Shown: positions 46,310-56,733, counted from the first letter of the stretch. The stretch: 64,000 bases of DNA from an uncultured Woeseia sp. (GCA_964630795.1 CAZVWF010000004.1:1182-65181); one strand, 5' to 3'. Program-made: numbers and translations. Notes: generated from the sequence alone by a model not told the origin.

Positions 46310-47893
46310 TTGAATCAGGTGGTCAGCAAAAGAATCCACCGGCTTTCGGAGCAGGGTTCCAGGGACATCATTTCGGGCGGCCGAAAAGGCGTTGAGAAGG
46401 AGTCTCTGCGTGTCTTTCCCGACGGCCGCCTGGCCGATACCCCCCACCCGGGCGCGCTGGGTTCTGCGCTGACCAACCGCTATATCACGACGGACTTTTC
46501 GGAAGCGCTGCTGGAGTTTGTGACGCCGGCGTATGCCAATACCTGGGAAACGCTGCGCGTACTCTGTGAGTTACACCAGTTCACTTACAATCGTGTGGAC
46601 GACGAACTGCTCTGGGTGACAAGTATGCCGTGCCTGATGGCGGAAGATAATGATATCCCGCTGGCACAATACGGCACATCCAATGTCGGACGCATGAAGA
46701 CCGTTTATAGAAACGGTCTTGGCCATCGATACGGCAGACGCATGCAAACCATCGCCGGCATCCACTACAACTATTCCTTGCCGGAGCAGTTCTGGTCGGA
46801 GTTCGCTGAGCTCGAAGGGTCCACCACCGACATCGACGATTTTCGATCGGCGGCCTATATGGGCCTGGTCAGGAATTTCCGTCGTTACGGGTGGTTGATT
46901 TTGTATTTGTTTGGCGCGTCACCAGCACTGTGCAAGTCATTCCTTGACGGACAGGCGTCGGATCTCGAGCACTTTAACGACAATACCCTGTATCGCCCGT
47001 TCGCAACATCATTGCGGATGAGCGATCTCGGCTATAGCAACAACTCGCAGGCGCAACTGAAGATATCCGTGAATTCCGTCGACGAGTACATCGATGACCT
47101 GACCCGGGCAATCTGCAAAACGGCGCCCGAGTTTGAAAAGATCGGCGTCAAGGTTGACGGTGAGTATCGTCAGCTTCGAGCCAGTCAGCTACAGATTGAA
47201 AACGAGTTTTATAGTCCGATACGCCCCAAGCGTGTCGCACACTCAGGCGAGAGGCCAACTTCTGCATTGCGCCGCGGCGGCGTCGAGTATGTCGAAGTGC
47301 GCTCGCTGGATCTCAATGCCTTCGATCCCGTCGGCATGAACCAGAATGCAATGCGTTTCACGGAGGCCTTTCTCATCTATTGCCTGTTGCACGACAGCCC
47401 GGCGATCGATGATGCGCAGTACATCGAGGTACAGCACAATTACAGCCTCACGGCGACCCAGGGGCGAGATCCGGGTCTCAGGCTGGTGAAGGATGGTCGC
47501 GAGATCGGTTTACGAGACTGGGCGGCCGATATCGTCAGTGACGTTCGTGCCATCGCCGAGCTCATCGATCGGGGTGAAGGCGGTGATGCCTATGTTCGGG
47601 CAGTGGATGCGCAATCCGCGCTGGTGGAAAACGCCGAACTCACGCCGTCTGCCAGGGTGCTCCAGGACATGCGCGAGAACGAAACGGGTTTTTATCACTT
47701 TGCGATGGAACGCGCGCGCGGGCACAAGGCCTATTTTCAATCGCTGGCATCGCTCGATGACGAGCGGCTCGCGCTCTATGTTGACGAGGCGTCCCAGTCA
47801 ATCAAAAGACAACAGGAAATCGAACAGTCGGACGCGATCAGCTTCGACGAGTATCTCGAGAAGTATTATTCCGAGCAGGGTTGCGCGGACTGA
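46310..47893 (+). CDS. gshA: glutamate--cysteine ligase
   Basis: Colinear with E. coli GshA (GVEKESLRV..., HPGALGSALTNRYITTDFSEALLEFVTP, AQYGTSNVGRMKTVYRNGL...QTIAGIHYNYSLP). The TTG start is preceded by GGAG. Confidence 0.92.
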   Translation: MNQVVSKRIHRLSEQGSRDIISGGRKGVEKESLRVFPDGRLADTPHPGALGSALTNRYITTDFSEALLEFVTPAYANTWETLRVLCELHQFTYNRVDDELLWVTSMPCLMAEDNDIPLAQYGTSNVGRMKTVYRNGLGHRYGRRMQTIAGIHYNYSLPEQFWSEFAELEGSTTDIDDFRSAAYMGLVRNFRRYGWLILYLFGASPALCKSFLDGQASDLEHFNDNTLYRPFATSLRMSDLGYSNNSQAQLKISVNSVDEYIDDLTRAICKTAPEFEKIGVKVDGEYRQLRASQLQIENEFYSPIRPKRVAHSGERPTSALRRGGVEYVEVRSLDLNAFDPVGMNQNAMRFTEAFLIYCLLHDSPAIDDAQYIEVQHNYSLTATQGRDPGLRLVKDGREIGLRDWAADIVSDVRAIAELIDRGEGGDAYVRAVDAQSALVENAELTPSARVLQDMRENETGFYHFAMERARGHKAYFQSLASLDDERLALYVDEASQSIKRQQEIEQSDAISFDEYLEKYYSEQGCAD

Positions 47894-47906
47894 TCCAGGC
47901 TCGATT

Positions 47907-48596
47907 TTATTCCCGGGGCGCAACCTGCGGCATGGCGATTGTCAGGCCCCCTTCCATTGACACCGGCCCCGTGGCTGACGAGTAGCCTTTCACCGTCAAT
48001 GACTCAACCGATTCAGCCGTAATGCCGGCAAAGTTTCCGCTACCGCCGGTGATCCGTGCGGTGTCCGGTGAACCGGGGCCGCTGGTCATTACGCGATGAA
48101 AGATGCCCCGCCAGTTGTCGCCTGAACTCAGGCGAGCCGGAATGATGACATCGCGAATGTAGGCCCAGTAATTTTCGCTCTGATCGATCATCAAGGTGCC
48201 TTGCCCGGGGAGATATACATGCCAGATACTGTTCGCCAGCGCCTGACCGCGAATGAGCGCGGTGTCCTCGGAGTGCGACCGCATCTTGATACCGATGCCG
48301 ACGGGACTGCCTCGACCGTCCTCTAGCACGGTGGCGAAGATGTTCGTGTTGTACACCGCCGGTTCCCGAAGTTCGGCCACCTGCTCCGGATGTGGCCTGG
48401 TGATGGTTTCACCGTGGTCGGTGTAGAGCATCGCTTCTCCAGGCACCGCCGAAAAAGACAGGTCGATCACACGATCGGTCGTTACGGTGAGTGGCGAGAC
48501 GGATGCCTGCCCGGTAAACGGATTGAAATATATGCCGACGAAAAACAGCAATGCGCCGGTCAGTAACCCAAGCGCCAGGGAGATCACGTATTTCAT
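47907..48596 (-). CDS. hypothetical membrane-anchored protein (paralogue of the upstream gene)
   Basis: N-terminal TM segment LALGLLTGALLFFVGIYF. It shares the blocks PVGIGIKMRS and GGSGNFAGITAES with the neighbouring gene. Confidence 0.5.
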   Translation of the reverse strand: MKYVISLALGLLTGALLFFVGIYFNPFTGQASVSPLTVTTDRVIDLSFSAVPGEAMLYTDHGETITRPHPEQVAELREPAVYNTNIFATVLEDGRGSPVGIGIKMRSHSEDTALIRGQALANSIWHVYLPGQGTLMIDQSENYWAYIRDVIIPARLSSGDNWRGIFHRVMTSGPGSPDTARITGGSGNFAGITAESVESLTVKGYSSATGPVSMEGGLTIAMPQVAPRE

Positions 48597-49165
48597 TCAA
48601 GTTCTCCCGCCGGGCCGACCAGCGTCGTCTGCAACATGATCCGGCTCTGAATGTCATCGGCGTCGGCAACTAACGCTTCGTGAACAGTGCCTGACAACCC
48701 GGAAAAGTCACCGGTCCCCGACAACACCTGGCCGTTGCGAAAACCATCCGCGGCGGGGGTGTTTTCCATCCTGGCGTAGACGGAGCCACGCGCCGGAAAG
48801 TGCAGCGTCCATTCGACAAACGGACCTGTAGCTTCTGCCGTACTGGCGATGCGGCTGCCAATACCGATCACCGTCTCCTCTCTGTCGCGAATCTTGAAGA
48901 TTTCTGCCTGCATGTCGCCGACGACTGCCCGACCCGGCCATTCCAGCGCCGCCGGGATACTGGCGCCGGGGTTTGGCAGTCCAGCCATCACACGGTCGCG
49001 CGGCAGGTTGATATGAAACGTTTCAACGTTGCCGCCGTTTGCCCGCACGGAAATCAGCGACCGCTCGCGGTGCAGGTCCACGGCGGGTACGTACCACAGC
49101 AGCACACCCGTGCCGATGGCACCGAGTATCGTTGCGATGAGAAATGTCTTTATCAATCTGTTCAT
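48593..49165 (-). CDS. hypothetical membrane-anchored protein (paralogue of the downstream gene)
   Basis: N-terminal TM segment FLIATILGAIGTGVLLWYV. Contains the blocks VIGIGSRIAS and GTGDFSGLSGTV. There is a 4-nt overlap with the next gene. Confidence 0.5.
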   Translation of the reverse strand: MNRLIKTFLIATILGAIGTGVLLWYVPAVDLHRERSLISVRANGGNVETFHINLPRDRVMAGLPNPGASIPAALEWPGRAVVGDMQAEIFKIRDREETVIGIGSRIASTAEATGPFVEWTLHFPARGSVYARMENTPAADGFRNGQVLSGTGDFSGLSGTVHEALVADADDIQSRIMLQTTLVGPAGELE

Positions 49166-49342
49166 TCAGTTTGCCGCCGGATTCGGCATCAGTTCCGGGT
49201 AAGTTTAGTTAAATTTCCCTTCCGGCTCACTCCCGACGATTTGAAGTGTGACCTGGCGCACAAACAGCTGCTTTTCAGTACAATCCGGGTCCCGAAAGTC
49301 GCCCCTGGCGACGCCTGAAAATCACGCTTAACAAGACATGCC

Positions 49343-50065
49343 ATGAAAGCTGTTTGCCTCTGGTCCGGACCTCGAAACGTGTCGACGGCGCTGATGTACA
49401 GCTTCGCGCAACGACCGGATACGCATGTGGTGGACGAGCCGTTATATGGCCATTTCCTCCGGGTGACCGGGACCGTTCACCCTGGACGCGACGAGGTTAT
49501 GGACAACGTCAACTGCGATGGCGATGCCGTAATGCAGAGGTTGCTCACGGCGTCTTCCGATAATCCGGATGTCCTGTTCATGAAACAGATGGCGCATCAC
49601 CTGGTCGAGCTGGACACGTCATTTCTTGAGACCACGCTAAACATCTTCCTGATCCGCGATCCTGAACAGATGTTGCCATCGCTGACGATTCAGTTGCCGG
49701 AAGCCGGATTGTTCGACACGGGGCTCAAGGTTCAGTGGGAGTTGTACGAGGCACTCATTGGCGCCGGCCAGTCGCCGGCGATTGTCGATTCCCGTGAGCT
49801 GCTACTCGATCCGGAAGGTGTGTTGTCCCGTCTTTGCGAGCATCTCGAGATCCCGTTCTTCGATTCGATGCTGTCGTGGGAAGCAGGACCAATTCGCGAA
49901 GACGGCATCTGGGCGCTGCACTGGTATCACGCCGTGCACAAGAGCACCGGATTCTCAACCTATCGACACAAGACGGACTTTCCCGGGCACCTGAAACCAC
50001 GGCTCGAGGAATGTGCCCCGTGGTATGACAAACTTTTCGCGCACGCCATTCGTGCAGACCAATAA
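49343..50065 (+). CDS. uncharacterised sulfotransferase-like (P-loop-like) family protein
   Basis: N-terminal CLWSGPRNVSTALMYSF... resembles the PAPS-binding loop region of sulfotransferase-like proteins. This assignment is from memory only. Confidence 0.4.
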   Translation: MKAVCLWSGPRNVSTALMYSFAQRPDTHVVDEPLYGHFLRVTGTVHPGRDEVMDNVNCDGDAVMQRLLTASSDNPDVLFMKQMAHHLVELDTSFLETTLNIFLIRDPEQMLPSLTIQLPEAGLFDTGLKVQWELYEALIGAGQSPAIVDSRELLLDPEGVLSRLCEHLEIPFFDSMLSWEAGPIREDGIWALHWYHAVHKSTGFSTYRHKTDFPGHLKPRLEECAPWYDKLFAHAIRADQ

Positions 50066-50085
50066 AAGCAACAGGGAGCATTGAT

Positions 50086-50988
50086 GTGAAATTGCCAGAT
50101 CCTCGTAACGAAGACATCCTGGTGCATGTAAACGGGCGACTTGTTGAACGCGCCGATGCCCGCGTATCGGTTTTTGACAGCGTCGTTCAGGGCGGCGATG
50201 CAGTTTGGGAAGGCCTGCGCGTCTACAAGGGGCGAATTGCAGCACTGGGCGGACACCTGCAAAGGTTGCAGAACTCCGCACATACGCTGGCCTTTGCTAA
50301 TGTCCCTGATTCTGACGAGATCAGGCAGGCTATTTTCTCGACGCTGGAGGCGAATGGCATGACGGACGATACACATATCCGCCTTACGCTTACCCGCGGC
50401 GAAAAGACGACGTCGGGCATGAACCCGAAGCTGAACCAGTCAGGTTGTTCGCTGATCGTACTGGCGGAATGGAAACCGCCGATCTATTCGGACGAGGGTA
50501 TTCGTGTGGTGACGTCTGCGATCCGTCGCAACACACCCCAATGCCTGGATTCGAAGATTCACCACAATAACCTGCTGAACAACATCATGGCCACGATCGA
50601 CGCCAACGTGGCCGGTGTCGAAAGCGCCATCATGCTCGATGTCAACGGTTTCATATCCGAGACTAACGATACGAATATATTTATGGTGTGTGGTGGCAGG
50701 CTTCTGACGCCATTCGCTGATGCCTGCCTGCCGGGGCTCACGCGTCAGATGATTCTCGACATCGCGGAAGCAGCGGACATTCCTGCCGCCGAGAAAGATC
50801 TGTCTCTTACGGAACTCTATACGGCGGACGAAGCCTTCACGACCGGGACCATGGGTGAGTTGACGCCGATTCTCGAGGCTGATGGTCGCATCATTGGCGG
50901 CGGCAAGGCCGGGCTACTGACGCAGCGATTGCAGGGCTTACACCGGGAATACGCATACGAGCACGGCGAAGCACTGCCGTTTGCCTGA
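50086..50988 (+). CDS. class IV (fold type IV) PLP aminotransferase family protein
   Basis: GTG start. Fold-type IV pattern (VFDSVVQGGDAVWEGLRVYKGR..., ...ETNDTNIFMV..., ...GLTRQMILD...). Confidence 0.7.
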   Translation: MKLPDPRNEDILVHVNGRLVERADARVSVFDSVVQGGDAVWEGLRVYKGRIAALGGHLQRLQNSAHTLAFANVPDSDEIRQAIFSTLEANGMTDDTHIRLTLTRGEKTTSGMNPKLNQSGCSLIVLAEWKPPIYSDEGIRVVTSAIRRNTPQCLDSKIHHNNLLNNIMATIDANVAGVESAIMLDVNGFISETNDTNIFMVCGGRLLTPFADACLPGLTRQMILDIAEAADIPAAEKDLSLTELYTADEAFTTGTMGELTPILEADGRIIGGGKAGLLTQRLQGLHREYAYEHGEALPFA

Positions 50989-50989
50989 G

Positions 50990-52201
50990 CTAACTCGCGT
51001 CCTTCAGTTGAATCGTCGTATTCGCAAGAACGGCCGGATCGATTCGTGCATGGTTGGCAATCAGCGCCTTTGATTGCACGTAGTCCCTGGGTGCGTTGAC
51101 AGCATCCACAGCGATGAGTTTTCCACCGCGCAGATAAAGGCAGGAAAACGATTTTGATGTCGGGTCGCCACGCATTACAACGTCGTCATATCCCTGAGAG
51201 ATCCCGGCGATTTGCAATTTGAGATCATACTGGTCGGACCAGAACCACGGTACTTGCGAATAAGCGGTGTCTTCACCACAGATATTGGCGGCAGCTGTCT
51301 TGGCCTGTTCGAGCGCGTTGTGGACGGACTCGAGCCGAAGGCAGGTGTCCAGCACTCTGTTCGGATGAAACGAACAGTCGCCGATGGCGTACAGATCTGG
51401 ATCGCTGGTCCGACAGTGATCGTCGACAATGATGCCGTTTCCGACGTCGAGACCGGCATTTGTTGCAAGCTCCATATTGGGCACGATTCCAATGCCTATC
51501 ACGACCATGTCGGTGTCGAGCGTTTCGCCGTTGCCAAGCAGTACGCCATCGACGCGACCGCTGCCCGTCAATCCGTTAACGCCGGTCGACAATAACAACT
51601 CGACGCCATTATTACGGTGAACCGCTGCGTAGAACGATGACAGCTCCGGTGAGACCACGCGGCTCATCACCCGGTCTGCCATCTCGACGACGGTTACCTC
51701 AAGCCCCAACTGCGCTGAGACAGCGGCGACCTCCAGGCCGATATAGCCGGCACCCACTATGGCGATGCGCTTGCCGGCTGCGATTTCGTCCCGGATTCCG
51801 TTGACGTCGTCAATCCCGCGCAGGTAGTGGATGCCCTCCAAATCTGCGCCCGGTACATCCAGTTTTCGCGGCCTGCTGCCCGTCGCGATGATGGCCGCAT
51901 CGTAGTCGAACTGTTCGCCTGACGCAGTGCTGACGCGTTGCCTGTCACGATCGATACAGGTGACGCGATCGCCCAGGACCACCTTTATATTGGGTGCATC
52001 GTAGAAATCCTGCGGTTTGAAGTACAGCCGCTCGGCAGGCATCTCGCCCGCGAGGAACTTCTTGGACAGGGGCGGACGCTGGTAGGGATACCAGGCTTCT
52101 TCGCCAATCAGGATGATGTTGCCGGCAAATTTCTTCTGGCGTAGAGAGAGTACAGCCTGTCCGGCACCGTGACCGGCACCAATGATGACGACGTTTTTCA
52201 T
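50990..52201 (-). CDS. NAD(P)/FAD-dependent ferredoxin/rubredoxin reductase-like oxidoreductase
   Basis: Two dinucleotide-binding motifs (VVIIGAGHGAGQ, IAIVGAGYIGLE) in a roughly 403-aa protein with the putidaredoxin-reductase-like layout. The start is at ATG 52201. Confidence 0.75.
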   Translation of the reverse strand: MKNVVIIGAGHGAGQAVLSLRQKKFAGNIILIGEEAWYPYQRPPLSKKFLAGEMPAERLYFKPQDFYDAPNIKVVLGDRVTCIDRDRQRVSTASGEQFDYDAAIIATGSRPRKLDVPGADLEGIHYLRGIDDVNGIRDEIAAGKRIAIVGAGYIGLEVAAVSAQLGLEVTVVEMADRVMSRVVSPELSSFYAAVHRNNGVELLLSTGVNGLTGSGRVDGVLLGNGETLDTDMVVIGIGIVPNMELATNAGLDVGNGIIVDDHCRTSDPDLYAIGDCSFHPNRVLDTCLRLESVHNALEQAKTAAANICGEDTAYSQVPWFWSDQYDLKLQIAGISQGYDDVVMRGDPTSKSFSCLYLRGGKLIAVDAVNAPRDYVQSKALIANHARIDPAVLANTTIQLKDAS

Positions 52202-52326
52202 GCGCTTTATTCTACGTGCATGCCTGATTTGGTAACAGCGAGTGCGCACTGCCTGCAGGTTCGTAGAAAGTGCCCACTCTATCCGCGCGACTTAATTTGT
52301 GACCGACTCTCGGTTATGCTCGCCGC

Positions 52327-53304
52327 ATGAACGCACATGCAATAAGAATTCACGAATACGGCGGCCCTGAAGTCCTGCAGTATGAATCGATCGAAGTGCC
52401 CGAACCCGGCGAGGGCGAGGCGACTATTCGGCACACGGCAATCGGCCTGAACTTCATCGACACCTACCATCGAACCGGTTTGTATCCACTCGACCTGCCA
52501 TTGGGTCTCGGTACCGAGGCAGCAGGGATCGTAGAGGCCGCAGGTCCCGGCGTTACCGACGTTTCACCGGGCGACCGCGTGGTTTACACAGGCTTGCCAC
52601 TGGGTGCGTACTCGACGGCCAGAAACTATCCTGCGAATCGCCTGGTGCCGATACCGGAAGGAATTTCCGACGAACATGCCGCTGCGGTTCTCCTCAAGGG
52701 ATTGACTGCGTGGTACCTGCTTCGGCGCAGTTATCCCGTCAAGGCTGGCGATACCGTGTTGCTCTATGCGGCGGCCGGGGGTGTAGGTTCATTGGCGGCG
52801 CAGTGGGCGAAGCACCTCGGAGCAACAGTGATTGGTGTCGTCAGCACGGATGAGAAGGCAGAGCGAGCCCGCGAAAAGGGTTGCGAGCACATCATCATGT
52901 CAGACAATGCCGATATCGCCGGCACTGTTCGCGATCTGACCGGTGGAGAAGGTGTTGCCGCTGTCTATGACTCGATCGGCAAGGACACGTTCATGACCTC
53001 ACTGGACTGCCTCAGACCGCATGGCGTCATGGTGACATTTGGCAATGCCACCGGTCCCGTCGACCCGTTTGCGCCGGCCGAACTGGCCAAGCGCCACTCG
53101 TTGTACGTTACTCGTCCGGTGTTATTCGATTTCGTCGCTACGCACGATGATCTGCTCGGCGCGACCAGGGAGTTGTTCGGGGTGATGCAGGAAGGTGCCG
53201 TGACCGTGGACGTCAATCAGACGTATGCGCTGGCCGACACGGCGCAGGCGCATATCGATCTGGAGTCCAGGATGACGACCGGCTCGACGATCCTGAAACC
53301 CTAG
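52327..53304 (+). CDS. qor: NADPH:quinone oxidoreductase (zeta-crystallin-type MDR)
   Basis: MDR fold with the cofactor motif LYAAAGGVGSLA and no zinc-ligand pattern. 325 aa. Confidence 0.8.
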   Translation: MNAHAIRIHEYGGPEVLQYESIEVPEPGEGEATIRHTAIGLNFIDTYHRTGLYPLDLPLGLGTEAAGIVEAAGPGVTDVSPGDRVVYTGLPLGAYSTARNYPANRLVPIPEGISDEHAAAVLLKGLTAWYLLRRSYPVKAGDTVLLYAAAGGVGSLAAQWAKHLGATVIGVVSTDEKAERAREKGCEHIIMSDNADIAGTVRDLTGGEGVAAVYDSIGKDTFMTSLDCLRPHGVMVTFGNATGPVDPFAPAELAKRHSLYVTRPVLFDFVATHDDLLGATRELFGVMQEGAVTVDVNQTYALADTAQAHIDLESRMTTGSTILKP

Positions 53305-53312
53305 AAGGCTTT

Positions 53313-55679
53313 CTACGGAGAGATCGGCGTCAGCGGCCAGAGAATGGGTAGCAATACCATCACGGTGATAAAGACGACGATCGTCAGTGGCATGCCGACC
53401 TTGATGTAGTCCACGAAACGGTAGCCACCGGGACCCATGACCAGGATGTTGGCAGGGTGCGAGATCGGGCTCGTGAAACTCGCCGATGCAGCCATCGCTA
53501 TTGCCATCATCGCCGTCTCCGGCGAATAGCCCATGTCGGACATTGCGGAAAGCACGATGGGCGACATCAGTACGACCAGGGCTGCCGTGGGAATAATCAT
53601 CGTTGCCATCGCGGTCAGGACGTAGAGCCCGGCAATGACAGGCCAGGGCCCTGCATCGCCCAGCAACAGCATGACCTGATCGGCCAGGTAAGAGGCTGCG
53701 CCGGTATCCTGCATTGCCGTGCCGAGCGGCAACATGCCGGCTATGAGGAATATCGCGCGCCAGTCGATGGCGCGATAAGCCTGCTCCATGGTCAGGCAGC
53801 CGGTTAATACCATGATGCTGCCGCCAACCACCGCGGCGATCGCGATCGGTGCGTAGCCCGCCATGACGCTCAAGACCACGGCCAGCATGATGAAAGCAGC
53901 CAGTGGCGCACGCTGCGTGTCGGGCGGTTTCTGGCCCAGCGGCGTCAGGATCAGGAAGTCGGAGTCATTACTGAGAAGCTGCAGCCTGTCATGAGGTCCA
54001 AGCAGTAAAAGGGCGTCACCGACCTGCAGGCGCTCATTCGCAAGGTCGTCGCCTATCGGGCCGCCCTCGCGCCAGATACCGGCAAGCTCGATGCCATATC
54101 GTTCACGAAAGTTCAGCTCGCCGACTGTACGACCGGCCAGGGTGGAGCGCGGATCGAGGGTTGCATCCATCAGGGTCAGGCGCTCGGACTTGAGCGCGCC
54201 GAGGTTGGGTGCGACCTTGGTTTCGACCTCGAGCTCCTGCAGGCCGCGTAGTACATCGAGGTCCGCGTGCTGACCCTCGATCAGCAGGAGGTCGCCGCCT
54301 TCGAGCACTTCGCCGCCGCGTGGCATCACATTCAGTTGGCCGTCGCGGAAGATCGCGACGACACGGAAGTCGAACACGTCGGCCAGACGGCTCTTCTCCA
54401 GCGTCGCGTCAGCAAGGCCGCTGTACTTCGGCAGGCGCACGACGAACATGCGTTCTTCCGTGTTGTATTGCTCTTTCAACGCTTCGTCGGCCAGCAAGTT
54501 AGCGTCATCAAAGTCTGCAAAGCGATCGAGGTCCTCGACGTCTTCGACTTCGCCCTGAACGAGAATCCGGTCCCCCGCGCGCAATGGCACGTAGGCGAGA
54601 TTGGTCAGGCGATAGTTGTTACGGCGAAACAGTCCGACCACGCTGACATTGAATCGACTGCGAAAGCCTGCGTGTCGAACAAGTTCGCCGATCAGTGGCG
54701 ATCCCTCCGCCAGCGTGACCTCTGCGTAGGCCACCTTGGCGGCGACCATGGATTTAAGGACAGGCGCTTCGCGTTCGATCACCAGGTCGCTCCAGCGCTG
54801 GAGCTCCTTGAACTGGTCGGCACGGCCCTGGACAAGGATACCGTCGCCGCCACGCAGGACAGTCTGCCTGCTGGGCAGGGTCTCGCTGCGTCCAAATCGA
54901 ATAAGCGCGAGAATGATCAGGCCGGTGGACGAGCCGATTCGGGTTTCACCCAACGTCTTGCCGACCAGGATGGAATCCATCGGCACACGAAGCAGAAAGG
55001 TGCGCTCCTGCAGTTTGTAGCGGTTTCTAAGGCTGCGTTGACTGTGATGCCGGCTGCGGTCTGACTGGCGCTTCGGCAACATGAATCTCCCGATAAGAGC
55101 GACGAAGATGACGCCGACCACCATGATCGCACCACCGATCGGCGTAAAGTCGAACAGCTCGAAGGTCCGGTAGCCGTTTTGCGTCATCACTTCACTGATC
55201 AGCAGGTTGGGCGGTGTGCCGATCTGTGTCATCAGGCCGCCGAGCAGGGTTGCGTAGGCCAGCGGCAACAGTAGCCGGGATGGTGAAATCCGGGTACGTC
55301 GGGCCACCTCGATGACGACGGGCAGCATCAATGCCGCCACACCGATGTTGTTCATGAACGCGGAGAGCACTGCCGCCGTGATCATGATGACCACGATCAT
55401 CGCGATCTCGCGCCGCCCGGCGAGCCGCATCACCTGTCGGCCGATAATATCGGCGATTCCGGTCCGCGTGAGACCCTCACTGAGGATAAACATGGCCCAT
55501 ACCGTGATGACGGCGCTGTTCGAGAAGCCGGCAAATGCTTCGCTGGTGGTGACGAGGCCGGAAACCGCCAGCGCGCAGAGCACCAGCAGGGCGACGAGAT
55601 CCATTCGGATGACTTCGCTAACAAAGAGAATCAGCGAGATGGCGAGAATGCCAAGGACAAGTCCGATCTCAAATGTCAT
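53313..55679 (-). CDS. SLC13/DASS-type permease with internal TrkA-C (RCK C) domains
   Basis: Hydrophobic N- and C-terminal halves (GFSNSAVITVWAMFILSEGL..., ...AFMNNIGVAALMLPV...) are separated by a roughly 350-aa soluble insert with repeated TrkA-C-like units. Confidence 0.7.
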   Translation of the reverse strand: MTFEIGLVLGILAISLILFVSEVIRMDLVALLVLCALAVSGLVTTSEAFAGFSNSAVITVWAMFILSEGLTRTGIADIIGRQVMRLAGRREIAMIVVIMITAAVLSAFMNNIGVAALMLPVVIEVARRTRISPSRLLLPLAYATLLGGLMTQIGTPPNLLISEVMTQNGYRTFELFDFTPIGGAIMVVGVIFVALIGRFMLPKRQSDRSRHHSQRSLRNRYKLQERTFLLRVPMDSILVGKTLGETRIGSSTGLIILALIRFGRSETLPSRQTVLRGGDGILVQGRADQFKELQRWSDLVIEREAPVLKSMVAAKVAYAEVTLAEGSPLIGELVRHAGFRSRFNVSVVGLFRRNNYRLTNLAYVPLRAGDRILVQGEVEDVEDLDRFADFDDANLLADEALKEQYNTEERMFVVRLPKYSGLADATLEKSRLADVFDFRVVAIFRDGQLNVMPRGGEVLEGGDLLLIEGQHADLDVLRGLQELEVETKVAPNLGALKSERLTLMDATLDPRSTLAGRTVGELNFRERYGIELAGIWREGGPIGDDLANERLQVGDALLLLGPHDRLQLLSNDSDFLILTPLGQKPPDTQRAPLAAFIMLAVVLSVMAGYAPIAIAAVVGGSIMVLTGCLTMEQAYRAIDWRAIFLIAGMLPLGTAMQDTGAASYLADQVMLLLGDAGPWPVIAGLYVLTAMATMIIPTAALVVLMSPIVLSAMSDMGYSPETAMMAIAMAASASFTSPISHPANILVMGPGGYRFVDYIKVGMPLTIVVFITVMVLLPILWPLTPISP

Positions 55680-55777
55680 TTCGCGCTGTGGCCTGTACTA
55701 CGGAAGAGTCATCAAAGAGAATGTAAGGGTCTTATACACGACGCTAACATCATGAACCAGCGCTCACTTGGCGGCAA

Positions 55778-56662
55778 ATGACGACGTCACAAATCTATTC
55801 TCCACGTATTGCATCGTCGTCCGCCTGGCACGACATCCGCGGCGTTCGCTATCACGTCTATGAATGGGGCAACCGCGACAATCCGCTCCTCGTCCTCTTG
55901 CACGGCTGGGGCGACACCGGGGCTTCCTTCCAGTTCCTGGTCGACGAACTGGAAAGGGACTGGTTTGTGATTGCACCGGACTGGCGTGGCTTTGGCTTGT
56001 CGCACTGTCGCTGCGACAGCTACTGGTTTCCGGACTACATCGCGGACCTGGACGGCCTGCTGCAGATCTATCAGCCTGACGAACCGGTCAACCTGCTCGG
56101 TCACAGCATGGGCGCAAATGCAGCAGGCATCTATGCCGGAACCTTTCCCGAGCGCGTGGCTAAATTCGTTAACGTGGAGGGGTTCGGCCTGGCCGATAAC
56201 GATTCCGGCAACGCACCGTCCAATTACCGGCGCTGGGTCGAACAGTCCCGGCAGATGCCGGCCTACAGCACCTACCCCGAACTTGAAGATCTCGCCCGAC
56301 GAATTAACAGACGCAGCCCGGGCATGAGCCCAGAACAGGCGATGTTCGTCGCCGGTCACTGGGCGGAGCGGGGAGAAGATGGACTGATCCATCTGCGTGC
56401 CGACCCGGCCCACAAATTACCGAATGCGGTGCAGTATCGTCGTGCCGAAGCAGAAGCGTGCTGGAACAGCGTGACTGCACCGGTCCTCCTGGTCGTTGGC
56501 GAAAACACGGACTTCAAGGCCGCCATGAAGGTATGGCTGGACCCGGACGAGTCACGGCATCCGTTTCACGGCGCTGAATCTGTCGAGATTCCGGGGGCAG
56601 GGCACATGGTGCACTTCGAGGCACCGGCGGCGCTGGCCCGTGCGACGGAGGGGTTTGTGTAG
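55778..56662 (+). CDS. alpha/beta-fold hydrolase
   Basis: LLVLLHGWGDTGASF and the nucleophile elbow GHSMGA, with a C-terminal GAGHMVHFE His segment. Confidence 0.8.
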   Translation: MTTSQIYSPRIASSSAWHDIRGVRYHVYEWGNRDNPLLVLLHGWGDTGASFQFLVDELERDWFVIAPDWRGFGLSHCRCDSYWFPDYIADLDGLLQIYQPDEPVNLLGHSMGANAAGIYAGTFPERVAKFVNVEGFGLADNDSGNAPSNYRRWVEQSRQMPAYSTYPELEDLARRINRRSPGMSPEQAMFVAGHWAERGEDGLIHLRADPAHKLPNAVQYRRAEAEACWNSVTAPVLLVVGENTDFKAAMKVWLDPDESRHPFHGAESVEIPGAGHMVHFEAPAALARATEGFV

Positions 56663-56705
56663 ATTCTGCAGAAACTAGTGCCACTCCATGCGGCTTGCAG
56701 CGCAT

Positions 56706-56733
56706 AAAAAAACGGTGGCCGAAGCCACCGTTT
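56706..56733. terminator. rho-independent terminator, stronger on minus strand (UUCG loop plus U7)
   Basis: A7 - acggtggc - cgaa - gccaccgt - ttaaa. On the minus strand the loop reads UUCG and the stem is followed by U7. Confidence 0.7.
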
